A DNA stretch of 64,000 nt from Mytilus edulis (taxonomy: Eukaryota): contig NC_092351.1 in NCBI RefSeq assembly GCF_963676685.1, forward strand, positions 61,194,001-61,258,000, written 5' to 3'. The translations under genes were made by a program, and so were the position numbers. Shown here piece after piece: positions 63,587-64,000 of the stretch (its first letter is position 1; each line of letters starts with the position of its first letter). The notes below the pieces were generated by a model. The model made no database searches. It worked only from the letters and a program-made list of their open reading frames with translations, and had not been told where the DNA came from.

Positions 63587-64000
63587 TGAAATGAATTTAT
63601 AGCAAGCTATAAGGAATGTTATTTTGCACTTGATGATGTCGGCGTATTTATCATGTTCATAGATCGATTAAAAACCCAAAACTAATTTACATAATGGAAA
63701 TTTAGGCGAAAGCAATACACTGGAATGCCCTCAAATGTCATCGCTGTAAAAATGAGGATAAAATATAAAGCATTGCAATCATTCAAAAGTGACAAAACAT
63801 TGAAAGCAGTTATAATTAGTAATACCATAAATTATAGTCTATGTTCCCTTTACCAGTTTTGTTTGCAAAGTTTTAAAAAGATGCCATTCCAGTTTGACCT
63901 GACCCACCTATATATGTGACCTAGGAGTTATAGCAAAAAGACAAAATAACCATGGTAACTGAATAATATACACCTATTACAGGGTTCTCCCTAAGGATTT

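Overview
AT-rich eukaryotic (metazoan) genomic DNA with spliced genes. The repeat families look like those of a bivalve, probably Mytilus (inference from recognised repeats, not a database result). Main content: (1) A tandem pair of 3-exon genes on + (CDS 1186-5145 and 8621-12219) encoding divergent Ly6/uPAR (three-finger, quiver-like) proteins. Both lack the terminal CC-x4-CN disulfide. Copy A keeps a GPI-type hydrophobic tail; copy B lost it through a 4-nt deletion. (2) An orphan terminal exon for a single-pass receptor with Tyr motifs (15055-15428). (3) An anoctamin/TMEM16 gene on - (63141 to 24776), reconstructed by hand as 22 phase-consistent GT-AG coding exons (~1019 aa). It has very short extracellular loops, a remodelled Ca2+ site and a long motif-rich C-tail. 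(4) Dense non-autonomous mobile DNA: TTAA-flanked MITEs, a ~3.5-kb piggyBac-like element, Helentron-type HINEs, SINEs, a hammerhead-ribozyme retrozyme remnant downstream of the anoctamin, and a 441-bp tRNA-headed tandem element with end-to-end complementarity inserted in a (TA)n tract. Most short ORFs in the supplied track are intronic or repeat noise. All coordinates were read by eye, and repeat boundaries are approximate.
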